In this document: one piece after another, positions 7,821-16,210 of the stretch
Numbering within the stretch: position 1 is the first letter of the stretch
Layout of the letters: each line of letters starts with the position of its first letter
DNA from: Candidatus Fraserbacteria bacterium
GTDB lineage: Bacteria > Bipolaricaulota > Bipolaricaulia > RBG-16-55-9 > JANLFV01
Length of the DNA stretch: 16,210 bases
Direction of reading: 5' to 3'
Assembly (NCBI GenBank): GCA_037446135.1
Contig: JBBIJD010000007.1
Span: 8,281 to 24,490 of the forward strand
Translations under genes and position numbers: made by a program
The notes under the pieces: generated by a model
What the model was told of the DNA's origin: nothing
The model's database searches: none
Seen by the model: the letters and a program-made list of their open reading frames with translations, nothing else

Positions 7821-10349
7821 TTACTTTCTCAGCTCGGCCCCCAGCTCTTCGGCCAGATGGGCCTCGATCCTCAAGCGGAGCCGGTCGGCCTCCTCGTCGG
7901 TGAGGGTCCGATCCTCAGCCTGGAGCCGGAGGCGGAAGGCCAGGCTCTTCTTCCCCTCTGGGATCGGCGGGCCCTGATAAAGGTCGAAGAGGATCAGCTC
8001 ACGGAGAAGCTCGCCCCCTGCGGCTTTGATGGCCTGGGCAACCCTCTCGGCGGAAATGGCCTCATCGACGACGACCGCCAAGTCCCGCAGGACCGCAGGG
8101 AACTGCGGGAGGGGCTCATAGCGGCGGACTAGACCGGCCCGCGCGAGGATGGCCTCCAGATCGAGCTCGGCCACTAAGGTCGGCTCCTCCAGCTCGAAGT
8201 TCTCCCTTACTTGAGGGTGGAGCTCCCCGAGGAGGCCGGCCTCCTCCTCTCCGAGCAGGAGTGTCGCCGCCCGGCCTGGATGGAGGAAAGGCCCCTCAGC
8301 TTTGATGAAGCGAAAGCCAGCGAGCCCCATCCTCCGGAGGAGCTCCTCGATGATCCCCTTCAGGTCGAAGAAGTCCATCGTCCCGGGCTTCTCATGCCAG
8401 GACCAGGAGGGCTCGCTCCTTGGCCCGGCGAGGGCCAGTCCCAGCCGACGGGGCTCAAGCGGGCAGGCCTCCTTCCCTTGTTGCAGGGCCGGTCCTGGCG
8501 CTCCACCCCTTGGGGGTCCGCCTCTCGATGGGAGGTAGACTCGCCCGAGCTCGAAGATCGCCACCCGCTCATGGTGCTTCAAGTTCTCCGCCACCGTCTC
8601 CAGAAGCCCGGGCAAGAGCGACCTCCGCAGAACAGAGCGCTCGCGCGTGAGAGGATTGGCGATGTGGAGGTAGTCCTCGGGACTAGGCTCTCGCCTCTGG
8701 GGCTCGAGCTTAGCGGCGGACTCGAGGCTCGTCAGGGAGTAGGTGATCACCTCAGTCAGGCCGCAGCCGACGAGTAGATCTCGGACCTGCTCCTCCAGTT
8801 CCAGGGTCCGCTCCCGCTGCTGGCGCGGCAAGGTATCAGCCATCAGGGTCGTGGGGATCTTATCGTAACCGATCAGCCGGGCCACCTCCTCCACGAGGTC
8901 GGCAGGGTAAGAGATATCGAGCCGGTGCCAGGGGACCTTGACCTGGATTAGTCTCCCCTGAGGGCGGCAAGAGAACTCCAGCTGCTCTAAGAGCTCGATG
9001 ACCTCCTCTTGGGAGACCTCCAGCCCTAAGAGGCGCTCGACCTCCTTTGGATCGAATTCCAGCTCGATCTCCGGCTGCCTCACTGGGTAGACATCGATGA
9101 TCCCCGAAGCGATCTCCCCACCGGCCAGCTCGCTCATCAATTGCGCGGCCCGCTTGAGGGCCGGGATCGTCAGTTCTGGAGGGACCCCTCTTCCGAACCG
9201 GGCCGAGGCCTCGCTCATCAGCTTCAGCGCTTGAGCTGTCCGGCGGTTATTGGTGTTCGAGAAGCTCGCTGACTCGAGCAGCACAGCTCGAGTGGCCTCA
9301 GTGACCTCGCTCTCTAGTCCGCCCATCACCCCAGCGATCGCGATCGGCCCCTCAGGATCGGCGATCAAGAGCATCTCCTCTGTAAGCGCGCGCTCGACCC
9401 CATCGAGAGTGATGATCCTTTCGCCGGCCCCGGCCCGCCGGACGATGATCCTCTTCCCGTCGAGACCGTGGAGCTTATCGTAGTCGAAGGCATGTAAGGG
9501 CTGGCCCCACTCGAGCATCACATAGTTGGTGATATCGACGATATTGTTGATCGGGCGCATCCCTGAAAGGGTCAAGCGCCGGCGCATCCAGAACGGCGAG
9601 GGGCCGGGCTTCACCCCCTTGATTAAAGCGGCGGTATACCTTGTGCAGAGGTCAGGATCCTGGATCTCGACCTCGACCTGGCCAAAGATCGCGGGCCCAC
9701 TGGGGCGCCACCCGACCTCTGGGGTCTTGAACCTCTTCCCAGTGAGAGCGGCCACCTCCCTTGCCACGCCGATGATGGAGAAGCAACGAGCGAGGTTCGG
9801 GGTCAGGTCGAGTTCGAGGACTACTTCGCTCAACAGCTCCGCCAGGGGCCTTCCGACCTCGGCCTCCTGATCCAGGATCAAGACCCCGCTGTGGTCCTCA
9901 GATAGCCCTAGCTCCTTCTCCGAGCAGAGGACCACCTCGGAGCGGACCCCGCGGAGGTTGGCCGGCTTAACTTTGATGAGCTGCGGCTCGAGAGCGTAAG
10001 CGTCGACGATCCTCGCCCCCGGCTCGGCTACGGCTACCTTAAAGCCTCGGTCGCCGATCTTGATATTGGGCGCGCCGGTCACGGACTCGACCGGCCCTTT
10101 GCCGTAATCTACCACCGCGATCACGAGCTTATCGGCATTGGGATGGGGTTTGACCTCCAGGACCTCCCCGACATAGATCCCTTCCCAGGCGAGGGCCGGC
10201 TGGCCGCCCTCGGTCGCCCCGATATGCTCGATCTTGGCCACCTCCAGCCCCGCCAGGGTCAGCCTATCGGCCAGGAGGCGCGCCTCCCCAGTAGTGATGT
10301 CAGTGGGGAGTTCGACATACTCTCTCAGCCAGCTTAAGGGGACTCTCAT
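7821..10349 (-). CDS. pheT: Phenylalanine--tRNA ligase beta subunit
   Basis: [64 protein letters not shown] and the C-terminal FDX-ACB domain (RDLAVVV...LFDLYQG...KSLAFRL). Confidence 0.99.
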   Translation of the reverse strand: MRVPLSWLREYVELPTDITTGEARLLADRLTLAGLEVAKIEHIGATEGGQPALAWEGIYVGEVLEVKPHPNADKLVIAVVDYGKGPVESVTGAPNIKIGDRGFKVAVAEPGARIVDAYALEPQLIKVKPANLRGVRSEVVLCSEKELGLSEDHSGVLILDQEAEVGRPLAELLSEVVLELDLTPNLARCFSIIGVAREVAALTGKRFKTPEVGWRPSGPAIFGQVEVEIQDPDLCTRYTAALIKGVKPGPSPFWMRRRLTLSGMRPINNIVDITNYVMLEWGQPLHAFDYDKLHGLDGKRIIVRRAGAGERIITLDGVERALTEEMLLIADPEGPIAIAGVMGGLESEVTEATRAVLLESASFSNTNNRRTAQALKLMSEASARFGRGVPPELTIPALKRAAQLMSELAGGEIASGIIDVYPVRQPEIELEFDPKEVERLLGLEVSQEEVIELLEQLEFSCRPQGRLIQVKVPWHRLDISYPADLVEEVARLIGYDKIPTTLMADTLPRQQRERTLELEEQVRDLLVGCGLTEVITYSLTSLESAAKLEPQRREPSPEDYLHIANPLTRERSVLRRSLLPGLLETVAENLKHHERVAIFELGRVYLPSRGGPPRGGAPGPALQQGKEACPLEPRRLGLALAGPRSEPSWSWHEKPGTMDFFDLKGIIEELLRRMGLAGFRFIKAEGPFLHPGRAATLLLGEEEAGLLGELHPQVRENFELEEPTLVAELDLEAILARAGLVRRYEPLPQFPAVLRDLAVVVDEAISAERVAQAIKAAGGELLRELILFDLYQGPPIPEGKKSLAFRLRLQAEDRTLTDEEADRLRLRIEAHLAEELGAELRK

Positions 10350-10361
10350 TCCCTGATCCTC

Positions 10362-11405
10362 CTAGAACTGCTCCAGGAACCGCAGGTCGTTCTCGAAGAA
10401 GAGCCGGATGTCATCGATGTTATACTTCAGCATCAATATCCGCTCCGGCCCCATCCCGAAGGCGAAGCCCGTGAATTCCCCAGGGTCATAGCCGCCGTTC
10501 CTCAAGACGACTGGATGGACCATCCCCGCCCCGAGGATCTCGACCCAGCCCGTATGTTTACAGACCCGGCAGCCCCGCCCGCCGCAGAGGATGCAGTCCA
10601 TATCCATCTCCAGGCTCGGCTCGGTGAAGGGGAAGTAGCTGGCCCGGAAGCGGTATCTCCTCTCTTTGCCGAACATCTGGTGGGCAAACTCCGTCAAGAC
10701 CCCCTTGAGGTCGGCCATCGTGATATGCCTCCCCACGGCCAGCCCCTCGACTTGATGGAACATCATCTCCGAGCGGGCCGTCACCTGCTCATAGCGGTAG
10801 CACTTCCCAGGGAGGATCGCCCTGATCGGCTCGGGGGCGAACCTTCTCATCACATGGATCTGGCCGGGAGAGGTGTGAGTCCGCAGCAGCAGCCCCGGCT
10901 CGGCCAAGTAGAAGGTGCTCCACATATCCCGGGCCGGGTGGTCCGGGGGGATATTGAGGAATTGGAAGTTGTATTCATCCGTCTCTATCTCGGGACTCTC
11001 GAAGACCTGGAAACCCATCCCCGAGAAGATCCTGTAGATCTCGCGGAGGACCTGGGTCGAGGGATGGAGCCTCCCCAGAGCCACTGGCCTCCCCGGGAGG
11101 GTGACATCGACGGTCTCCTTCTGGAGCCTCTTCTCGACCTCTTGGGCCTTAATCTCACTGAGGCGGCGGTTCAACTCCGCCTGGAACTGCTCTTTCAAGC
11201 TATTGATCAGCTTCCCCGCCTCGGGCCGAGCCTCGGGGGGGAGTTGGGGTAAGAGCTGGAACAGCTCCGTAATTCTCCCCTTCCTCCCCAGGAAGGCCAC
11301 CCGCGCGGCCTCACAATCCTCAAGGGAGGCTGCCTCCTCCAAGCGCTTCCGGCCCTCTTCAGCGAGGGCCTGAACTCGTTGTTTCAGTTCCTCGATCTGG
11401 ACCAT
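10362..11405 (-). CDS. pheS: Phenylalanine--tRNA ligase alpha subunit
   Basis: HPARDM, LLRTHTSPGQI, FHQVEGL, FPFTEPS and GFAFGMGPER, plus a CxxCxxxxCxxC zinc-binding insert. Confidence 0.99.
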   Translation of the reverse strand: MVQIEELKQRVQALAEEGRKRLEEAASLEDCEAARVAFLGRKGRITELFQLLPQLPPEARPEAGKLINSLKEQFQAELNRRLSEIKAQEVEKRLQKETVDVTLPGRPVALGRLHPSTQVLREIYRIFSGMGFQVFESPEIETDEYNFQFLNIPPDHPARDMWSTFYLAEPGLLLRTHTSPGQIHVMRRFAPEPIRAILPGKCYRYEQVTARSEMMFHQVEGLAVGRHITMADLKGVLTEFAHQMFGKERRYRFRASYFPFTEPSLEMDMDCILCGGRGCRVCKHTGWVEILGAGMVHPVVLRNGGYDPGEFTGFAFGMGPERILMLKYNIDDIRLFFENDLRFLEQF

Positions 11406-11435
11406 TGATGGACCTTTCTACAAGGATACCGCCCC

Positions 11436-11470
11436 AAATACAAAAAGACCTGAGTTCTCTCTGATGGCCC
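11436..11470 (-). terminator. Putative attenuator terminator in the pheS leader
   Basis: Minus strand GGGCC-atca-GAG-agaa-CTC-a-GGTCT, an imperfect stem, running into TTTTGTATTT. Confidence 0.55.
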
Positions 11471-11502
11471 GTTAGGGATGAATGAGAGGAGTTATGCCCC
11501 CC

Positions 11503-11553
11503 TTAGGGGGCAAAGAAGAACCTTGAGCAAATCCGCACGACTAGCTTCTCCAT
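11503..11553 (-). CDS. Phe-rich leader peptide of the pheST operon (pheM-like), MEKLVVRICSRFFFAP
   Basis: AGGAGG RBS (11567-11562) 8 nt before the ATG. TTC TTC TTT codons at 11520-11512 and TAA at 11505-11503. Lies between the promoter and pheS. Confidence 0.88.
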   Translation of the reverse strand: MEKLVVRICSRFFFAP

Positions 11554-11581
11554 GCTCTTGGCCTCCTGATAGCCAGGTTCG

Positions 11582-11610
11582 AAGATACCACACTCCGGCT
11601 GGGATGTCAA
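11582..11610 (-). promoter_or_regulatory. Sigma70-type promoter of the leader-pheST operon
   Basis: TTGACA, 17 bp spacer, TATCTT, with an extended -10 TGn. Confidence 0.8.
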
Positions 11611-11614
11611 GCTC

Positions 11615-11644
11615 TTGCTCTCGGGAGAGGCTCGAGCCTATACT
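11615..11644 (+). promoter_or_regulatory. Possible divergent promoter for the hydrolase gene
   Basis: TTGCTC, 18 bp spacer, TATACT. AGGAGG RBS at 11654-11659 downstream. Confidence 0.45.
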
Positions 11645-11669
11645 CACTGAAGTAGGAGGCTCTCCCGCA

Positions 11670-12470
11670 ATGCCGACGATCGAGCTGGACGGTGGCAGGA
11701 TTTACTTCTCCCTGAGCGGCCGCGGGGCTCGAGATATCTTGCTCGTCCATGGCTCCGGCGGGGACCATACTCTCTGGAGCTACCAAGTGAAGGGCTTGAA
11801 AGAGGCCTTCTCCGTCGCTGCGCTCGACTTGAATGGCCACGGGAGGAGCACCTTCCGGGAGGGGGACGGGCTCGCGACCTATACCCAAGATGTTTTGACC
11901 GTCCTGGAGAGGCTCTCCGAGCGGACCTTCTTGGTCGGCCACTCCCTCGGCGGGGCGATCGCCCTGAATGTGGCCCTCCACCATCCCGATGTGGTCGGCG
12001 GGCTCGGGCTGATCGGGACCGGGGCGAGGCTCCGGGTCCTCCCCGAGCTCTTGGAGTTGCTCCAGCGGGACTTCGAGGCGGCAGTCGAGCTGATCCTGAG
12101 CTGGGCCTTCGCAGGGGAGCCGGAGCTGAAACTCCTCACTAAGGCCCGGGAGCAGATGCTCAGGAACGGCCAGAAGATCTTGTTGCGGGACCTCTTGACT
12201 TGCAACTCCTTCGATGTGATGGATAAGCTAGGCCAGCTCGATCTCCCGACCCTGATCATTTGTGGCCAGGAGGACCGCCTGACGCCGATGAAGTATTCAG
12301 AATACCTGCGGGACCATATCCCCAATGCCAGCCTCAGGATCATCGATGGGGCAGGGCATATGGTGCCGCTCGAGCGGCCCGAGGCACTAAACCAGGCCCT
12401 CCGGGAGTTTCTGGCCTCTTCTATCCTATCTAGGCCCTATAATTCCGGAGGAAGACCACAATCAGCCTGA
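11670..12470 (+). CDS. Alpha/beta fold hydrolase
   Basis: LLVHGSGG, DLNGHGRS, nucleophile elbow GHSLGG, acid GQED and His AGH. ATG at 11670 follows AGGAGG. Confidence 0.93.
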   Translation: MPTIELDGGRIYFSLSGRGARDILLVHGSGGDHTLWSYQVKGLKEAFSVAALDLNGHGRSTFREGDGLATYTQDVLTVLERLSERTFLVGHSLGGAIALNVALHHPDVVGGLGLIGTGARLRVLPELLELLQRDFEAAVELILSWAFAGEPELKLLTKAREQMLRNGQKILLRDLLTCNSFDVMDKLGQLDLPTLIICGQEDRLTPMKYSEYLRDHIPNASLRIIDGAGHMVPLERPEALNQALREFLASSILSRPYNSGGRPQSA

Positions 12471-13488
12471 CCGTCGCCTCGAAGTCGTCGAGCCGCAGGA
12501 GGCTATGGGGCGAATGGATGTAGCGGCAGGGGACGGAGACGACCGCCGTGCGGACCCCGCCCCGGGAGAGGTGGATCTCACCGGCATCGGTCCCGCCGTA
12601 GACCGGGAGCTTATACTGATAAGGGATCTCATTCTCTTCGGCCGTCCGTTCTAAGGCCTCGAGGAGCTCGCGATTGACGATGATCGACCGGTCAGCGACA
12701 GTGAGGGCCGGGCCTCGCCCCAGGGCCGCCGGCTGCTTGTGCTTGGGGACCCCGGGCATATCCGCCCCGATCGTCCCCTCGATCGCGATGGCGATGTCCG
12801 GCTCGATCTGATAGGCCGCCGTCCTCGCCCCGCGGAGCCCGACCTCCTCCCCGACGGCGAAGTTGCAGACCAAAGTGAAGTCCAGTTCCTCATCCTTCAG
12901 GGCCTCGAGGGCCTTGATGAGCACGGCGCAGCCGGCCCGGTCATCCAGGGCCTTCCCGCGAAGATAGAGCTCATTGAGCCTCTCGCAGGGGTAGTGGATC
13001 ACCGCCGGGTCCCCGATCTTGATCCCCCGCTCTTCGGCCTCCGCCCGCGATGAGGCCCCGATGTCGATGAACATCTCCTCGAGCTTGAGCGGCCGCTCGA
13101 GCTCCTCCTTCTTGAGGATATGCGGCGGGGCCGAGCCGATGACCCCGTGGACCTTGAGGCGCGCCTCCTTCGCTCCCTTGCGGGTCTGGATCGTCACCGC
13201 CTGAGCCGGGATGATCCGCTCATCCCAGCCGCCGATGGCGGTGAATCGCAGGTAGCCGTCCTCCTCGATGTAGCTGATCATCAGCCCGATCTCGTCCATA
13301 TGGGCATCGAGCATCATTTTGAACCGCTTCCGGCCCCGCTTGGTCGCGATCAGGTTCCCCAGGGGGTCGACCTGCAGCTCATCGACATAGGGCTCGATGA
13401 GCTGGCGGATCAGGCCCCGGACCTCCCCCTCGAAGCCGGAGACGCCGAAGGCGTCAGATAGCGACTTTAACAGCTCTATACTCTCCAT
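12430..13488 (-). CDS. M42 family (TET-like) aminopeptidase
   Basis: GVSGFE, DAHMDEIG, GKALDDRAG, EEVGLRGA, GGTDAG and RYIHSP. ATG at 13488 follows GAGG; 13494 is an alternative start. Confidence 0.95.
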   Translation of the reverse strand: MESIELLKSLSDAFGVSGFEGEVRGLIRQLIEPYVDELQVDPLGNLIATKRGRKRFKMMLDAHMDEIGLMISYIEEDGYLRFTAIGGWDERIIPAQAVTIQTRKGAKEARLKVHGVIGSAPPHILKKEELERPLKLEEMFIDIGASSRAEAEERGIKIGDPAVIHYPCERLNELYLRGKALDDRAGCAVLIKALEALKDEELDFTLVCNFAVGEEVGLRGARTAAYQIEPDIAIAIEGTIGADMPGVPKHKQPAALGRGPALTVADRSIIVNRELLEALERTAEENEIPYQYKLPVYGGTDAGEIHLSRGGVRTAVVSVPCRYIHSPHSLLRLDDFEATVRLIVVFLRNYRA

Positions 13489-13542
13489 CTGCATCCTCAA
13501 CCATCTCTTAACTTAATCGCCCGAAGCCCCGAGCGGCTAAGG

Positions 13543-13779
13543 CTACTCGAGCTCCTCCACTGTGACCAGGACACGGTAGCGATAGGGCCCGGCGGACTGG
13601 CCATTATACTCCCCGAGGAACCCCTCGGGGATGAAACTGGAGAGGGTATAAATCCGATGAGGGCCGTGCATCTCGATGAGGAAATCGCCGCGCGACCCGA
13701 CCTGATGGAAGCCCTCGACGACGGTCAATTCCCGAGCGACCCGCCTCTGCCTCCCGAGCTGCAGCTTGAGCTGTTGCAT
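13543..13779 (-). CDS. Hypothetical 78-aa protein
   Basis: Fills the gap upstream of the M42 gene, has a purine-rich RBS region and its own promoter-like sequence. No family recognised. Confidence 0.6.
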   Translation of the reverse strand: MQQLKLQLGRQRRVARELTVVEGFHQVGSRGDFLIEMHGPHRIYTLSSFIPEGFLGEYNGQSAGPYRYRVLVTVEELE

Positions 13780-13820
13780 CCCTTTCCCTGCCTGTCCCTC
13801 TACTCAAGCGCGCCTCTAGT

Positions 13821-13849
13821 ATTATAGCAAGTCTCGAGAGGGTCGTCTA
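13821..13849 (-). promoter_or_regulatory. Sigma70-type promoter for the 78-aa ORF and M42 peptidase
   Basis: Minus strand TAGACG, 17 bp spacer, TATAAT with extended -10 (TGcTATAAT). Confidence 0.7.
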
Positions 13850-14056
13850 GGGCTCGATATAGACGGTATCGAATTCATCGAGCAGCTCATAGAGGCGGGC
13901 CCCGCCGGGGAGGGGGAAGAAGGAGGCGGCAACTAAAAGGTTGCTCCCCAGGTCCAGCCCGAGGAGGAGCTTCAACTCGGAGACGGTCAGCCCCGGAGGG
14001 ACCATGATCGCAGCTGAGCCGTGCCAGCCCTTCACTTGGATGTAGATCCACTTCAT
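13847..14056 (-). CDS. Small 69-aa protein, possible beta-grasp (ubiquitin-like) fold
   Basis: Strong GGAGGAGGGG RBS before the ATG at 14056. Pattern IYIQVKG...IMVPPGLTVSELK...LYELL..FDTVYI resembles ubiquitin-like domains. Confidence 0.6.
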   Translation of the reverse strand: MKWIYIQVKGWHGSAAIMVPPGLTVSELKLLLGLDLGSNLLVAASFFPLPGGARLYELLDEFDTVYIEP

Positions 14057-14147
14057 CTTCGATCCCCTCCTCCCTGTCCTGCTCCTGGGCCTCGGTCGCC
14101 TAATATACACCGGCCAGTGGGGGTGCGGGTTCGAGTTGGGCGGACTA

Positions 14148-14176
14148 TTGACAGCCCTGGAAGGATTTAGTATATT
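14148..14176 (+). promoter_or_regulatory. Sigma70 promoter of infB
   Basis: TTGACA (14148-14153), 17 bp spacer, TATATT (14171-14176). Confidence 0.8.
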
Positions 14177-14242
14177 CCCGCCACAGCGGACCCGGAGGGT
14201 TGACCGTGAGGAGAGGAGCGACCCTCATCATAAGGAGGAGCG

Positions 14243-15994
14243 GTGGCGAAGAAGAGGCTCTACGAGGTGGCCAAGGAGATGGGGCTCCCTCTGGGGGAGC
14301 TCTTTAAGCTCCTCGCCCAGGTGGGGGTCGAGAAGAAGAGCGGGTTCAACACCCTCGAGGAGGGGGAGTATCAGGCGCTCCGCGAGCTCTTCACCCCAAA
14401 GGCTCAGGAGCCGGCTCCTCCAGCTCCGGCCACGGCTGTCGAGGTCAAGGTCAAAGAGAGAGCGAAAGAGCGACCGGGCCTCCTCCCCCGCCCACCAGTC
14501 GTGACCGTCCTCGGCCATGTCGATCACGGAAAGACTACGCTCTTAGACTATATTCGAAAAAGCCATGTCGCGCAAAAGGAGGTCGGGGGGATCACCCAGT
14601 CGATCGGGGCCTATCAGGTCGAATATAACGGGAAGAAGATCACCTTCATCGACACCCCGGGCCACCGAGCCTTTACCTCGATGCGGCAGCGGGGGGCCCA
14701 GGTGACCGATATCGCGGTCCTCGTCGTGGCCGCCGATGATGGAGTCATGGCCCAGACGAGGGAGGCGATCTCCCACGCCAAGGCCGCGAATGTCCCGATC
14801 ATCGTCGCCCTCAACAAGATGGATAAGAGGGAAGCCGATCCCGATCGGGTGAAGGAGCAGCTCGCTAAGGAGGGGCTCACTCCCGAGGAGTGGGGTGGGG
14901 AGACAATCGTCGTCCCGATCAGCGCCCTCACCGGCCAGAATGTCGATGAGCTTCTGGAGATGATCCTCTTGGTTGCAGAGATGGCTGACCTGCGGGCCGA
15001 CCCGCGCAAGCCGGCCGAGGGCTATATCATCGAGAGCTACCTGGACCGGGCAAAAGGGCCGGTGGCCACGGCCATAATTAAAGATGGGACGCTCCATGAG
15101 CGGGACATCGTCCTCGCTGGAGCGGCCTGTGGCCGGATCCGAACCCTCCTGGATGAGCATAGCCGACCGATGAAGGAGGCCCCGCCCGGCTCGGCGGTCC
15201 AGCTCCTCGGCCTCTCCGAGGTCCCCCCGGCGGGGATCAAACTGGAGGTGATCGGCGATCTGGAGCGGGCGAAGGAACTGGCCTGTCTCCGACAGGAGGA
15301 GGAGCGGGCGGCCAGGTTGGCCAAGACCAAACTCTCAGCGATGGAGCGGTTCCAGCAGCAGCTTCGGAAAGCCCAGGCCAAGGAGCTGAACCTGATCCTT
15401 AAGGCCGACACCGTCGGCTCGCTCGAGGCCCTCGAGGGTGAGCTCCAGCGGCTGAAGGTCGAGGGGATCGAGTTGGTGATCCTCTATGCTGGGGTGGGGC
15501 AGATCAACGAGAACGATGTCCTGCTCGCCTCAAGCGAGGAGAAAGGGGCGGTAATCGTCGGTTTCCGGGTCGAGGTGGATAAGAAGATCGGGGAGCTGGC
15601 CCAAGCCCAAGGGGTGGTGATCAAGCGCTCGGAGATCATCTACGAACTGACGGAGTGGGTCGAGGGGCTCCTCCGGAGCGCCATCGCCCCGAGGTTCGAG
15701 GAGGTCAAGCTCGGGCTGGTCGAGGTTCGCGATACCTTCCACATCCCCAAAGTCGGGGTCGTCGCCGGCTGCTATGTCCGTGAGGGAGTAGTCAGCCGTG
15801 ATGCCCATGTCCGGGTGCTCCGGAACGGGGCGGAAGTCTTCCAGGGGCCGATCCGGAGCCTCCGCCGCTTCGACCAGGATGTGAAGGAGGTGGAGCAGGG
15901 GAAGGAGTGTGGCCTGCGGATCGAGAACTTCAATGATGTCCGCAAAGGCGACCTCCTCGAGGTCTTCGTCCTGCGGAAGCTCCAGCCCACTTAG
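14243..15994 (+). CDS. infB: Translation initiation factor IF-2 (compact form)
   Basis: [41 protein letters not shown] and [28 protein letters not shown] and GTG start. Confidence 0.99.
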   Translation: MAKKRLYEVAKEMGLPLGELFKLLAQVGVEKKSGFNTLEEGEYQALRELFTPKAQEPAPPAPATAVEVKVKERAKERPGLLPRPPVVTVLGHVDHGKTTLLDYIRKSHVAQKEVGGITQSIGAYQVEYNGKKITFIDTPGHRAFTSMRQRGAQVTDIAVLVVAADDGVMAQTREAISHAKAANVPIIVALNKMDKREADPDRVKEQLAKEGLTPEEWGGETIVVPISALTGQNVDELLEMILLVAEMADLRADPRKPAEGYIIESYLDRAKGPVATAIIKDGTLHERDIVLAGAACGRIRTLLDEHSRPMKEAPPGSAVQLLGLSEVPPAGIKLEVIGDLERAKELACLRQEEERAARLAKTKLSAMERFQQQLRKAQAKELNLILKADTVGSLEALEGELQRLKVEGIELVILYAGVGQINENDVLLASSEEKGAVIVGFRVEVDKKIGELAQAQGVVIKRSEIIYELTEWVEGLLRSAIAPRFEEVKLGLVEVRDTFHIPKVGVVAGCYVREGVVSRDAHVRVLRNGAEVFQGPIRSLRRFDQDVKEVEQGKECGLRIENFNDVRKGDLLEVFVLRKLQPT

Positions 15995-16010
15995 ACCAGA
16001 AGGGGCGAAG

Positions 16011-16210
16011 ATGCGGGTCGGAACGATCCTAGTCAAGCTCTATCTCCCGGTCCCCTGCTCCCTCAAGGATAAGCGCTCGATCATCAAGGGCCTGATCGCC
16101 AAGGTCAAGCGGGAGTTTAATGTCTCGATCGCCGAGGTCGGGGCCCTCGATGACCGGCGGCGGGCCGAGCTGGGAGTGGCCTTGGTCTCGAAGGACGGTG
16201 AGCTGAACGG
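16011..16210 (+). CDS. ylxP: DUF503 family protein (YlxP-like), truncated by the window end
   Basis: MRVGTILVKLYLPVPCSLKDKRSIIKGLIAKVKREFNVSIAEVG...AELGVALVS has the SLKxKR and FNVSxAEV motifs, and sits in its usual position after infB. Confidence 0.9.
   Translation, partial: MRVGTILVKLYLPVPCSLKDKRSIIKGLIAKVKREFNVSIAEVGALDDRRRAELGVALVSKDGELN

Noticed and set aside
11424..11440. T-box-like string (minus strand TATTTGGGGCGGTATCC) upstream of pheS
   Set aside because: It lacks the invariant UGGN bulge (has CGGT), lies downstream of the U-tract, and there is no room for a Stem I. The leader peptide explains the region better.
11478..11669. ORF-track N-terminal extension of the alpha/beta hydrolase
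   Set aside because: It overlaps the pheS leader and promoters. The RBS and fold start point to the ATG at 11670.
12438..12443. TATAAT on the + strand at the hydrolase/M42 overlap
   Set aside because: No convincing -35 and no downstream sense gene, so it is probably coincidental.
1..16210. CRISPR arrays, tRNA/rRNA genes, IS elements
   Set aside because: No regularly spaced repeats, cloverleaf or rRNA-like segments, transposase ORFs or terminal inverted repeats were seen by eye.

Overview
GC-rich bacterial window; the gene content loosely suggests a deep-branching anaerobe such as Bipolaricaulota or Chloroflexota, which is inference only. The left part (1-6021, + strand) is an accessory enzyme run: an SDR pseudogene, aldo/keto reductase, nucleotidyltransferase, two tandem Cys-motif (TIGR04076-like) proteins, a nucleoside phosphorylase remnant, an HhH-type DNA glycosylase homolog, an HEXXH protein, a GNAT and a SAM methyltransferase. 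The middle (- strand) carries pheS-pheT followed by a two-subunit CoA-transferase. The right part has an alpha/beta hydrolase, an M42 aminopeptidase, two small unknown ORFs (one ubiquitin-like), a compact infB and a partial DUF503 gene. The best finding is absent from the ORF track: upstream of pheS lie a near-consensus sigma70 promoter, an AGGAGG RBS, a 16-aa leader peptide with three consecutive Phe codons (MEKLVVRICSRFFFAP) and alternative hairpins ending in a U-tract. This looks like a pheM-style ribosome-mediated attenuator rather than a T-box.
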